From the NCBI RefSeq assembly GCF_004010195.1, contig NC_057719.1, forward strand, positions 37,262,138 to 37,326,137: a stretch of DNA of 64,000 nucleotides, read 5' to 3'. Shown here piece by piece: positions 1-12,667 of the stretch. A program made the position numbers and the translations under genes. Positions within the stretch are counted from its first letter, which is position 1; each line of letters opens with the position of its first letter. Under the pieces are notes generated by a model. The model made no database searches and was not told where the DNA came from. It was given only the letters and a program-made list of their open reading frames with translations. Source of the stretch: Chiloscyllium plagiosum. Taxonomy: Eukaryota.

Positions 1-50
1 TGGTAAAAAAAACTTATTAAAGAGATATTGACAAGTTCAATTGACTGATA

Positions 51-598
51 CATAGAGTCATAATCATAGAGTCATAGAGATGTAGAACACGGAAAGAGAC
101 CCTTCGGTCCAACCCGTCCATGCCAACCAGATATCCCAACCCAATCTAGTCCCACCTACCATCACCTGGCCCATATCCCTCCAAACCTTCTTATTCATAT
201 ACCCATCCAGATGCCTCTTAAATGTTGCAATTGTACTAGCCTCCACTACTTCCTCTGGCAGCTCATTCAATACACGTACTATCCTCTGCGTGAAAAAGTT
301 GCCCCTTAGGTGTCTTTTATATCTTTTCCCTCTCACCCTAAACCTATGTAGTCTAGTTGTGGACTACTGCCCACCAGCCCCCCACCCTCCCCGCCAGGGA
401 AGAGACTTTGTTTATTTATCCTATCCATGTCCCTCATGATTTTATGCACCTCTTTACGGTCACCTCTCAGTCTCCGACGCTCCAAGGAAAACAGGCCCAG
501 CCTATTCAACCTCTCCCTATAGTTCAAATCCTCCAACCCTGGCAACATCCTTGTAATTGTTTTCTGAACACTTTCAAGTTTCACAACATCTTTCCGAA
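51..598 (-). mobile_element. 5'-truncated CR1/HER1-like LINE 3' fragment
   Basis: ORF2 C-terminus (RMLPGLEDL..LFSLERRRLRGD) and the same 3' tail as the 15.6-kb copy. Confidence 0.92.
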
Positions 599-721
599 AT
601 CAAAGTCTTTAAAATTAAAAATGTTTTGTGATGTTGGATTGACTTTATCAAATGTTGTTTAGTTGAAAAATTCACCAATATTGTTTCAATGAATAACCAA
701 CAAGATACAACTGACATAATA

Positions 722-950
722 ATGAAAGTGAAATAGTACAATTGCTGGAAATCTGAAATAAAAACAGAAATTACAGGAGAAACTCAGCAGGTTAGGCAGC
801 ATATGTGGACAGAGAAATAGAACTGATGATTTGAAACAATGTATCTCTTCTTCAGAGGTACAGTCATATTGGTCTCAAAATATTAACTCTGTTTCTTTCT
901 CCATAGATATTGCCAGACCTGCTGAGTTTCTCCAGCACTTTCTGTTTTAA
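722..950. mobile_element. Old Penelope-like foldback insertion
   Basis: Imperfect inverted arms (GGAGAAACTCAGCAGGT / ACCTGCTGAGTTTCTCC) related to 41048-41268. Hammerhead is decayed. Confidence 0.65.
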
Positions 951-3900
951 TTGCACATAATGATGACTTGGTTGTGTTTAGGCAAACGTGGGAGGTACGT
1001 TTACAACAATTGAGCAAATTATCTGGTTGGTTGTATAGATTTAATTTAGCCATAAACTTGGCCAAAATTAAATTTGCCAAAGCAAAACTAACTTAGTTGG
1101 GTCATACTGTGGGACAGGGCCAAGTAAAATAAGAAATTGTATTATATACAACATAATGATGAGTAGATTCCATTAGCTGTTTGTTCTAAATATGAACATT
1201 ATGGTAGCTCTTGTTTCTACATACCCCTCAACCAACACCGTCTCCACCAACCATCACTCACCTCTAAAGTGTTACATTTTGGGCACTTCAACTCCTGAAG
1301 GATACAATGGCTTTGAAGGTGGCATAGCATGAATTCATCAGCATGATACCAGGGTGCAGAGGGCGAAATGACAAAGGCAAGTTGCATAAAGTTAGTTTGT
1401 ACTCACTTGGACACAAGACTGAAGGGTGAGCTCATCAAGTTTCTTAAATGTCAAAAGGATCTGATTGGGTAAAAGCAAATAAACTACTTACTCAAATAGA
1501 AATCAAAAACAAGGTGATATAATTATAAAATTATTGAATCATGCAGCATCCTCTCAAACAATTTCACATCTTTCATAAAGCGCAGTGTTCAGATTTGGGC
1601 ACAATAGATGTGGCTAAACCAACATTTCATGAAGGTTTATCATAACGTCTTTGCTCACTCTATTTCCCAGGTTTTTGTCCTAATCAAAATCCTGTCTACC
1701 CTGGTGAAAATGCCAAAAATTCAGACAGGAGAATACCTGTCTCCTCATACACCATTTCTGATTTTTGTGGGGGCTAGTGTGTGAATAGTCTGAGCATCAT
1801 GCCTGTTCAGTTGCTGTTGCTGTTGCTGTGTCTGGAACCTGGAATAAGCAGAGCAGACCAGTTGAGAGCAGGTCTATTTTATTCCTTTGTCAAAGTGAAG
1901 TATCCCTGTGGGTATGTTCCTAACACTTCTTAGGGTAGTTCAAATGCTCCTGAGGGAGATTACATGTCCTTGGGCTTAGAGACAGGACCCCTTTGGGATT
2001 GGGGAAGGTAAGACTGGGGAAAAAGTTTCTTAAACACTTAGAAGAAAGCCAGAAATAGAAGGCATTAGAGATGCTGTAGAGGAAGATATTTTACAAAGTT
2101 GTTGAATACATGAGGTTAAGAAATCTATGTTAAGTAGCAAGTTAGTTAGTAGCTTGTTTAAAGATCTTAGGCAGAGTCAAGAAAATAGCATCGAATTCTG
2201 CATGTTAACAGTTGGCAATAATAAATTAATTACAGCCTTGCCAGCTGAAATGTGCTTTAGTGTGGAGACAATGATAACCCTTCAGTGAAGTTTGGGTATC
2301 TTTGAGGTTGTTGTTAGCTAAAAGGGTAGAAATTCTCTTTTTTATATTTGTAATGAGATTATTTCAAAATTGTTTCCTATATAGTGCAATATAGTTCGTG
2401 TGTTTCTTCTTTTTTTATAATAAATCCATTATGTTCTTCTGATAAAAGGACATTAGCAGCCTCTTGTGAATACAGTAAATCCTCAGCATCCACAAAAACA
2501 TGAATTTGCAAATTCACCATCTCCGCACCAAATTTTATGTAACAACAAAAATTAACATGTGTGGACAAAACTCATCTATCCATGACTTTTTAACTTATTT
2601 TTAACTTGCGCCACGCTTATAAATTTCACCATTGGCAGGGGTTCTTGGGAACAGAACTCTCATGGATACAGAGGAATGGCTGTTTGTTCAGTGAATGTCC
2701 ACCACCACAGTAAACAAAAAGAGAAAAAAAACTTATGTTCTGTCAAACCAAGTTGATCTAAGATCTGACTTATTCAGTATTACCATCAACTGGTATCATT
2801 ATAAGTTAGCAAACTGAGAGATGTGTCACCTCTCTGCTCCCAAAACAGGGCCTATATCTACATTTAGAAAGCCCAAAGTTCCACTTGCCTTTCTGAGCAC
2901 TTTCTTAACCTTTCAGCCACTTTCAATGAATGCATACATATAAAGCCTTAGGATTCTTTTCTCCTGCTCCTCCATTAGAATTGCACTTTATACTGCCTTT
3001 CTCTGTTTTTCCTACCAAAGAGTCTCCCACTTCACAGTTCTCTGCATTAAACTTAGGCTGCCACATGTCCACAACCTATGTCCTTCTAAAGTCTATCACT
3101 ATCCTTTTCACAGTTCAAAGAACTTCCAAGTTTTGTCAACTTCAAATTTTTGAGTTCTGATGTACTCATCAATTGTTAGGTCATAAATATTTTCAAGTGA
3201 AGTTGTAGTCTCAGTAACAATCCCAAATTAGAGCCACTCGGGACCAAAATTGGCAAAAAAAACACAATTTGCACAGAGTGACAGAAATTTGGAATATTGC
3301 CCAAAGGTTCTTGAAGCAATAGCAAAGCAATAAAATTTGAAACATCTAGATTCCTATATTCATGTAATGACCCAGCAACCCAGAAAAATATCTTGTCTTG
3401 GATAAAAATGTATAAAATTACATGATAGCAATGTGAGGTTATATCAACATTTGGACATTAAATGTTTTTAAACAGAATTAAAACTGACCTTTCCAATAAA
3501 GAACGTCTCTGGATTACAGTAACTTTGGATATAGATCTAACTTTACAGATTCTGAGAGAGCTGATTCCACAGCCAAAAGAATGGACTTACTGGCATGTTT
3601 TCAGACAATTTTCCGGCCTCCTAAGTAAAGTAACTATGACCCTGTAATGAGCTGCAGTAAAGAGCCAGCTGATCCTAATCAGATCAGACTTACTAAAGCT
3701 TCCAACAAATTCCCTGAAATCCACTGCCATGCTTCATACCATTTCTTTTTATACCAATACAATCAGTACCAACAACAATCTCAAACAAACAATCAATAAC
3801 AATGCCAACAGTGCTGATAAGTATTTTTAATCCCTAAACAGCCACAGTAAATAAATGCCAATTTTATATTTAGAACATAGAAGAATACAGCGCAGTACAT

Positions 3901-4057
3901 TCTCAAAGGATTCAATAAGGTTTGTGAGGCACGACCTGCCCTTCACAAAACCATGCTGACTATCCTTGATCACATTATTCCTATCCAGATGTTGGATAGG
4001 AATAATTATTCGATGATGGATATTTCTTCCCAAATATCCATCATCGAATAATCTATA

Positions 4058-4830
4058 GGGGGTAAATTCCATAGCCCACACAATGGGTGATGGCATCATG
4101 GTGTGTGTCTAATTTGTACCATTGACTGAAATTGAGGCAGCATATGAAGATCTTAAAAGGGAGATACATTATAGCTACAGCGGGTGCTGGCAACTGTCCA
4201 GGAAATGACTCTGACCTGGGAAATGTTGAAGAAATGTTGGGAGACATTGGGCTTCAAGGTGTTCAGACAGTTCACTGGAGGTCATGGGAATGAGTTAGGA
4301 AAGAGGAGAGATGTCCTATAACTGCAGGATCCTGGAAACCCTCCACCTATGCTTGGAGGGCAGTGGAGCAGATAACCATGGAAGTCAATGCTAGAAGGCA
4401 AGCCATATGGTGTCTCCAAAGTTCAATAACTGCACATAATACTGACTCCACCCAACCTTATCAATCACAGTTTCCAATATTCAGTACAAAAATCAAACCA
4501 ATTCACTTTCAGCAATCCCCTGGTATTTGTTTTTGATTTCTTTATCTCTGTCTTGGTGCTTTTTTGTAGTCCTGCTCTAGAACCTGCAGCTGGGAGGCTG
4601 CTGACTTTCAGTGAGGGAGGTTACAGATGGCCATGGAAGACTGCATGGCCTAGAAATGGGCCTTAGCAGTGCAGACATTCAACATAATATTTCCTGCCAA
4701 ATGCACATTATAATCAAATAAATGAGAGGCAGGACAATTTTGTTTTGCATGCTGTCTGCATCAGGAGGAACAGGTGAAGGTTAATACATCCTGCTCCTCA
4801 CACCCATTGTCAGGCCTTATCAAATTTTCC
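4058..4830. mobile_element. Possible old non-autonomous DNA transposon (imperfect ~30-bp TIRs)
   Basis: Left end GGTAAATTCCATAGCCCACACAATGGGTG versus the reverse complement of the right end GGAAAATTTGATAAGGCCTGACAATGGGTG. The 10-bp core ACAATGGGTG/CACCCATTGT is exact. Confidence 0.4.
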
Positions 4831-5304
4831 AGTTTTATTGTTTAGCTAGGATAACTACATTAAGTAAACAATATTCTGTAGTCATTTTGAAGTCTGATTT
4901 CTCCAATAATTTTGGAGAAAATATTCAATCAGCAGCTACCTTCATTTTAATGCAGCGTTGTAAATGCTAATGTCAGCCCTGTAGGAATGCAAGAACGTAG
5001 TGTATGGAATTGTCAGCATTTACACTCCACATGATTAAATAGTTCTGTTCAGATTTACTCACCCTATTCCAATGTTCTTTCAACTGTATTTGCTTCATCA
5101 TTTATCTAAGTTAATCTTGTTGACGTGTTGACATAGTTCAAACCTCAACAATTAACCCTGGATATAAGTTCCATTATTTTGCAATTCTCAGTGGGAAGAA
5201 ATTTCTCCAATCCATTTTCTAAGTATTTTACATTTAATTTTGCACCAAGGCCCCTTGTTCATGCCCTTTCCACTACTCAACACAGTCTGCCTCTAGCTAC
5301 CCTA

Positions 5305-5487
5305 TCTCACACTGTAAAATTTTGCTATAAATTCTGTGTGTTAGGATTGAGCCTCCACTATCACCTGATGAAGGAGCGTCGCTCCGAAAGCTAGTGTGCT
5401 TCCAATTAAACCTGTTGGACTATAACCTGGTGTTGTGTGATTTTTAACTTTGTACACCCCAGTCCAACACCGGCATCTCCGAATCAT
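5305..5487 (+). mobile_element. Penelope-like pLTR fragment, second family
   Basis: Carries the hammerhead at 5362-5396. A homologous reverse copy lies at 8728-8854. Confidence 0.7.
5362..5396 (+). ncRNA. Minimal type-I hammerhead ribozyme motif (intact core)
   Basis: CAC-CTGATGA-a-GGAGC-gtc-GCTCC-GAAA-GCTA-GTG. Stem I is CAC/GTG, stem II is 5 bp, with palindromic AGCU and a CUA triplet. Confidence 0.75.
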
Positions 5488-5565
5488 ATCTCAAAATGGA
5501 TCATGGAGCAGTACAAAATAACTAGACATTCCACAAGTTATAGGTCAGGTGTTTCAGAGCAACTT

Positions 5566-5890
5566 TAGAATCCCTATAGAGTGGAAGCATCCTATTCAGC
5601 CCATCTGGTCTACACTGACCCTCTGAAGAGCAACCAACCCAGACCCATCTCATCATCCTGCATTATCCCATGGCTAATCCACCTAGCCTGCCTTCCCTAG
5701 GTACTATAGCCTGTCTTTCCTAGGTACTATAGCCTGGCCAATCCATCTTTGGACTGTGGGAAGAAGCCAGAGCACCTGGAGAAAATTCACACAAACCCAG
5801 GAGGAATGTGCAAATTCCACAGAGACAATTCAAACCCAGGTCCCTGGCACTGAAAGACAGCAGTGCTAACCATTGAGCCACTGTAACACC
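5566..5890 (-). mobile_element. Older V-SINE copy
   Basis: Reverse complement has the tRNA head GTGGCTCAATGGTTAGCACTGCTG, a V-domain and a CR1-like tail. Internal duplication of CCTAGGTACTATAGCCTG at ~5696-5736. Confidence 0.85.
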
Positions 5891-8727
5891 ATACGGGTAG
5901 GAGCTGGATTCCTTTGAGTGATATTTGACACAGCCTACCAGGACCAATGGCAGATGCACTGCATTTTGACTTGCAACATGACCAGGAAATAGAACAGAGG
6001 AGGCAGAGAGGGGAAGGTCTGTGAGATAGGAGAGTGGAATGAGGTACAGGAGGAGAGTGAGGGGGCGTGGGTAGAAGTTATTCTGGTAATTTTGTAAGTG
6101 GACAGGCTGTCAGGGAGAGAATTATGAGGATCCACTACCGCTGAAACTATGCCCTCATTCCAATGTGGAGCCGTTATTTCCCATCATCACACACAGGAAT
6201 CTAACTTGTGGATATAATTTTCCCCTTGGTTTTCATGCAGTAATAAAAGTCACCAACCAGAACAGTCGCCAAATGTTAAACCAACAACAACATTGATCAT
6301 CAGAAATTATTTATTCAACCTGTTCTTTCTTTTATGCCAGACCTACAGGTGCCTTTGCCTGTTCAGTGCTCCTTCATAGTTCTATCCCCATGAAAGTAGG
6401 TTGTTGACATTCACTGGTGAAGACAGTAGATTGCCTTATTGAATGATCTCAAGTAAGTCTGGACCTTGAGCACAAAAGAACTGGATGTGTACTAGGTCAA
6501 TGAGAAAAAAATCCATTGAACTATCATTGTATTTATATGGCCACTCATCCAAACATTACAAGATAAATTCCAAAATCTCAAGCGACAGCAAAGGATAAGC
6601 TATCAAAGCACTGCATTCCTTTGCACACAGGGTTTTGAACTTATATTAATCAAATGAGTTTTCTGCCTGCTTTTAATTGAGCACAAACTGTTTGCAAAGA
6701 CAGGGCTCCATCAGTCCAGTAGTAAAACAACTGAACTAGCTGCAAGATAACTAAGCCTCTAAGGCAATAAAAAGAAATACAGACAGTGGGAGAAGAACTT
6801 TCCTTAGCCTGTTCCAAATTCAAATTTACCTATCAACTAACCTCCTTGTAATTCAACTTCAAGAAAGCTCTCTGCTTCAAAGACCTTGACTTCATCTAAA
6901 AGAATAAGCAAGAAAAACTAGAATAATAATCATTTGGTTGTCAAGACTTTTGTAGAGAATAGGGCATTGCTGAAAATTGACACATCTTGTTAAAGTTTTC
7001 TGTTTTGTACTGACCAGAACAATTTTCGAGAAATACCAAAGTAAAAGGAAATGACATTCATACTGTATGAGAAAAGAGAAGAAAGAGATCAATCAACATA
7101 CTGTTCTCATACTGTTTGCTTTCCTTTTTGCGAATTGTCCTTATGAGACCTTGATGAAGAACTTTGATAAAATGAATCATTTTCTATGGTAGAAAATGAT
7201 GTCTCATGCAACAATATCATAAAATGGTTCTTTTTTTTCCTGAGCTATTGTTTATGAGAAAAAATGCCACCAATAAAGTCATTTTATGTCAAAGGCTTTT
7301 CTTTATCATATCCATGAAGGAAAGAGAAACATTGAGTTTAACTCTTTAGCATATCGCTTCCTTAAAAGGATATTGCAAAATGGTCCTGTCAAAATCATTT
7401 TGGGGATGAGTTATTTCCAGACAATGCAGCTTACAATCCTCAGAATTCCCTTTCTTCCTACAGTTTCATATGTCATTAACTTTAATACTTCTTTGGTGTA
7501 TGTTGTATTAACAATGCTTAGTTTCTGAAAAAAAAACCTCTTCTGAATGTTTTGCCAAAGTCAGTAAGTGTGAGGGAGTTGATTTGCCAAAAATGCAGCT
7601 TGTTAAACCTGAATGTTGCAACTTTAAAAAGTGGTGAATGAAATTCCATCAGACTGCTGAACTTATTAATTCTCTCAAGCCACTGACCCAATGCACATTT
7701 TCACAATTAGTATTCATTTAAAAATAAAGAAAAGAATTTAGAAAGGAAAATAAAAAAAACTGTTGAAAGTAGTGTTGGCTCATTGTATACCTGTAATTGT
7801 TTAGCAATAGAACCATTGTGACCAAGCAGTGCATTGCTTTATATTTAGCAACATTCACAATTGCCTTCTGTGTTGGCAAAATGTAAATCAGAACATTAGT
7901 TCTCTGACTGCACTATTTGTGTTTAAAAGGTTGCTGCCACTATTCCTCCTTCCTTGCCTGAGGCTAACCACGACAGTGGAACAACCATTATTGAGTCTTA
8001 ATAAGAAAAGACATGTGTCTTAACAGAATGTTTTTTAATTTTTTTTTCAACCAAATCAAAGTCATGTATTAAGGGTTGACTGTTTTTACAAGTGTTAAAT
8101 ACATTTAAGAATTCTTCATATCTTAACATAGAATCTTAGTAAGAATATTGTTTATTAAATGATAGGAATACATACTAGCATTATTAGCTAGTTATATATT
8201 GTTACTAAGATAATTGGGAGACCTTAGGTGGGATTTTCCTCTCCCTGAACCAGAAAGTTGGGAAAGTATGCTGAGATTTATAAAAATATCAGAATCCTGA
8301 TCTCTAGAAAATGTTTGTGATTTTTGCCATAAGCCTTAAATGGTGACTTTTCACCATTAAGCAGCAACTGCCTTATTTCCATTTATTTGCATCTCATTAA
8401 TACCCTGACTCATCTTGCAAACAAGCTGCCTCCAGTTCACTATTTCTCTCCCAAGAATCTAGAAGTACAAATTTCTAATAGGTAAATCATTCTGGTAGCT
8501 GTGGCACATTGACTGCTTGTCCTGGCCAACACCCAACCATTTCTTCGCAACAAAATCCTTGCATGATCTATGGCCAACATCCTCCACAAACCTTCATCCA
8601 CACAAGTCAGCAGTGGCAAACCACTAGACATCAACATGCCTGCTCTCAGACCAACTCAAAATCCACTTCAGAAGTTCAATAGTTTACTTCGGAGCTCAAG
8701 GACATCTATGACTTGCAAGCTTCTGCC

Positions 8728-8854
8728 ATGACTTGGAGGTACCGTTGTTGGACTGGGGTGGACAAAGTTAAAAATCACACAACACCAGGTTATAATCCAA
8801 CAGGCTAATTTGGAAGCACTAGCTTTCAGAGCGCTGCTCTGATATCAGGTGGTT
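8728..8854 (-). mobile_element. Penelope-like pLTR fragment (same family as 5305-5487), hammerhead core mutated
   Basis: Reverse-complement match to 5360-5487. The core reads CTGATAT instead of CTGATGA. Confidence 0.7.
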
Positions 8855-9962
8855 ATGTTCAGTCGTTTTGCACAAAGGACAGACATACATCTTATGCATT
8901 TACACAGGCTGCATCTCATGATTCTTACCTTGCTTTCTTGGTGCACACTTATTGAATTCAAGCATTATTTATAGGTTGCCAGCCTCTGTATTGGCCACAT
9001 TGTTTTTAATGCACAGGCTCTTCAGTGATCTGTTACAGGGCATAAGCCTCTGTGGCTTGCATTTTTTTTTAGCACAGAGAAAGAGGTGTCACAGTGGGCA
9101 ACACTGAACAGTTAAGTGGGTGGACATGTCACTACATGGCTCTATGCTATTTCAGTGTCACACCTGCAGCACATGCCAGCAGCTTACCTGGAAACACACT
9201 GCACATACTTCAAGCAAATGGTTGTGTGTGAAAGTCAAAAGGGAGCAGTCCTTAATTAGGTGAAGGGGGAATTACAGTCACACAGGGCTATCTCACAGTC
9301 AGTCAAGAAGCTGATCCAATTCTAAACAGAGTTGGGCACATTCAGTCAGATATATGATCCTGAAAAATGTCAGGGAATCTATTTCCTTGCAGTCCATAGA
9401 TCGGGCAATGGTCAGCCTGGTATGGTCAGTGCAATGACTCCTGGAATCACAGGGATGCAAGTAGTACTGCTGTGACATCAATCCCAGTGCTGGGCCATGG
9501 TCTGTCAGAACTGACCTGTCAGGTTGTCCCAGGGGGAGGGGGTGAGAGGTGATGATCATAGTCAGTCCTGGGGATTTAGTTAATAATGGTCAGGACCCTC
9601 ATCATGGGACAGTCCATAGAGTCCTGAAGAAAGTGGGAAACTCATGTCGAGGAATGGGCATCTTTGTACTGGTTCACTGAAGGAATGCTAACAGTAATAG
9701 CGAGTGATTGTAGACTACAGTAGGGTGGGACTTCATAATGAATCAGAAAACTAGAGATCTCTGGATGGGGGATTTTCAAACATGTCATGGTAGCTCTGGC
9801 CTCTACATGGTGAATGACCAGTATGGGCATGTAAATTTCCAAAGTCATGGGCACTGAGGGTAAAGTGGGCACATGAATAGTTTTGTAAAGGCGCTCAATG
9901 GAAATAGAGGGTAGAGGAATGGCTAAAATATCATAGCAGCCACCAGGGCAGCAATATTAAAG

Positions 9963-10108
9963 TTGAAACTTTATTACTGGAACACCGGGACTGTCCAGGT
10001 GAATTTGAGGTCGGGGTGGAAGGTGTTAGTGTAGTGGATGAACTGTTCAACCTCCTCGTGGGAGCACGAGGTAGCGCCGACCTCATCTGCAGACCTCACT
10101 TTCTCCTC
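9963..10108 (-). mobile_element. 146-bp composite Penelope insertion with 14-bp TSD
   Basis: TSD CAGCAATATTAAAG at 9949-9962 and 10109-10122. Contains the PLE RT piece VGATSCSHEEVEQFIHYTNTFHPDLKFTWT (10081-9992) between two pLTR-terminal pieces. Confidence 0.8.
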
Positions 10109-11825
10109 CAGCAATATTAAAGGGAACACGAAAGATGCGGGTGTAATTCTTGCGTCAGAGACAGAGCCTTCAACTCATACACAAGAAATGGAGTTGCAAA
10201 ATTGCCATGCTGGATTGAAAATTAAATGTGCAAAATTGCACAAAATGGCTGACACAGCATGCAAAGTGGATGGAGAAAATTACTGTTTTGTTACAGGGCC
10301 AGGTAAAGCTGTTGGAATTTGACGTGCTGTGTGAGGCAATTGCAGTAACCATGCCTCCACTGATTCAGTAAAGCCATCCATTTGGCTTCAGTTTCTATGT
10401 CAATTTTAAGTTGTTCATTGTCCAAGAATTCACATTAAGAATAATTGCCTCAGGCAATCATGACATTGTGTCTATACAAATTGCCTTCTGGAGCCTCTTG
10501 TGGTAATGTCCCTATCTGTGAGCCAGGAGGCCTGGGTTCATGTCTCAACTGTTCCAGTGGTCTGGCCGAACAGGTTGATTTGAAAATAAACCTATGAATT
10601 GCTTCCTTGTCACATGAGCGAAGCAACTGCGATGTAGCAATGGCATGTAGAAAGGGGCCCATGACCTTCACATTTCACAAACACATACTATAGCTCATAT
10701 GGAAGAAAACACTTTGCAACTGCCACATTGGCATATTGCACTGTAAATATGTAAGGACACAGTCAGCAAGATCGATGTGAGTATATGTTTACAAAAGTGA
10801 AAGGTTGTTTACAACGTTCCAGTCATGCTACCTACGTGCCCTCAGTAACTTTGTTCTTTCCTCTGCCTCTCACTATGTGCTGATTGGGGTGGAGAGAACC
10901 TTCTCTGCCGATGGATTGGAAGACTTTGGAATTCTTTTCCTGGTGCCTTTAGTGCTAGTGAGTCCCACTGAGAGTTTCCTGCCAGATGCTGGCTCACCCT
11001 CCTCAACTGGAACTGCTGCAGGTTTTGGGATCCCCACAGCCCTCCCAAAGCGGAAGTGGAGGGGTGGAGGAACTCCGAGAGGAAGCTTTTGGGGAGGCCT
11101 GTCTGATGCTCTTCTCCCTGTGGGTGCCTGCTGAAACCATCCTGTCTCTTAGAGTCACCTGTAGTGACATTGAGCTGAGGTCACTCATTCACTTGTGGCC
11201 TTGCCATTAAGACTGAGTACCTATGGCTCGAACAATGAAGAACTGCTCTGTGCACATACCTGGTGGATACTGAGTCTGCTGGACCTGGGTCTCCATGGCA
11301 ATCACCAGCCTGATCATGGAGACAGCCAAACCCCTGCAGGACAGAGGTAGCATAGTACATCCTTCAACCTGGCTTGCCAAGTGCCTCTGACAAACCTGAC
11401 CATTGTTTCTGAGGAAGTCATAAATGGTCAGCATCAGCCACCTATAATCAATGAGATGCTCACTAGATCATTTTCCTGAATTTAATCTCGAACAGAAATC
11501 CACTAGGGTGGAAATTTCTGAGCCAGTGAAGGGTGCAGGTAAAATTCTTGCCAATGCATTCATGAGGGTGAAGTGGATTCCTGGTCAGGGGTGGAGGAAA
11601 AGTTGAAGTATTTCAGCAATAGCTTCTTTATGGACTTCCATTGGGTGTCTGCATAAAAGAAGAGAGGGATTTAGTTTCTTGGAGGAATAAAGGTTTGTGC
11701 ATACGAAGAGTAAGTTAGTGCTGGTGGTAGTGGGGAAGCAGTGCAACACTACACAAGGAGGCCTAGTAGGTTAGTTGGCCACCCAGGTCACCCCAACACT
11801 ACATGTGCAGCTGTGTTATTTCCTG

Positions 11826-11930
11826 AAACCAAAAGAGAAAATGCTGGAAAATCTCAGCAGGTCTGGCAGCATCTGTAAGGAGAGAAAAGAGCTGACATTT
11901 CAAGTCTAACTGACCCTTTGTCAAAGCTCC
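11826..11930 (-). mobile_element. Penelope-like pLTR fragment with 12-bp TSD
   Basis: TSD TGTTATTTCCTG at 11814-11825 and 11931-11942. Decayed hammerhead GCT-TTGACAA-a-GGGTC-agtta-GACTT-GAAA-TGTC-AGC. Confidence 0.72.
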
Positions 11931-12362
11931 TGTTATTTCCTGGCTAAGTCGAAAAACTCCTCATACAGGGAAAGAAGTCTGATGTCTGTTACCCCACTCA
12001 TGTTCCATCCCCCCACTCCCTCCCTGGCCTCCCCCAGTCTCAACAACCTCAACCCTGCCACCAAAGCCAGCTTTGGCCTTCTCTATGCAGAATGGGTAAG
12101 TTATTTAAGAGGATGAGGTAGCTGAGAGCCATTGATTGGACATGATGTATGCAAAAGTGAGACTTGTCACCCTGGAGAGGTGTGTATCTGTGCAGTGGCA
12201 GAAATAGAGTGAATTTCTGGCCTTAGAAGTGTGAGTTGGCAGAGAGAATACTTACCCTTACAGAGTGCAGAAGATCTTTGAGCTCCTGTATTGCTGTATA
12301 CAACACTTCACATAGGATACAATACTGACTCAGGCTGCAATTTGGTTGCACGCAATTTGGTT

Positions 12363-12667
12363 GGGCGGTACGGTCGCACAGTGGTTAGCACTGCTGCCTC
12401 AGAGCCAGAGACCCGGGTTCAATTCCCACCTCAGGCAACTGTCTGTGTTGAGTTTGCACATTCTCCCCGTGTCTGCGTGAGTTTCCTCCGGGTGCTCCAG
12501 TTTCCTCCCACAGTCCAAAAATGTGGGAGGTTAGGTGAATTGGCCATGCTAAATTGCCCGTAGTGTTTGGTGTAGGGGAATGGGTCTGGGTGGGTTGCTC
12601 TTCGGAGGGTCGGTGTGGACTTGTTGGGCCAAAGGGCCTGTTTTCACACTGTAAGTAATCTAATCTA
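12363..12667 (+). mobile_element. Full-length tRNA-derived V-SINE (HE1-like)
   Basis: A-box-like GGTCGCACAGTGG and B-box GGTTCAATTCC. Central V-domain GAGTTTGCACATTCTCCCCGTGTCTGCGTG. The 3' tail resembles the local CR1 tail and ends in (TAATC)n. Confidence 0.92.

Larger units (their letters stand above)
1..1130 (+). mobile_element. Fossil Gypsy/Ty3 reverse transcriptase split by CR1 and PLE insertions
   Basis: Collinear degenerate motifs: NLLKRY*QVQLTD (11-49), CFVMLD*LYQ (~622-651), LKNSPILFQ (~663-689), and HNDDLVVFRQTWE...NLAINLAK..FAK...LGHTVGQGQV (956-1126). Confidence 0.7.

Noticed and set aside
12363..12430. tRNA gene
   Set aside because: The A/B boxes belong to a SINE head that continues into the V-domain and LINE-like tail. 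No complete cloverleaf or Pol III terminator.
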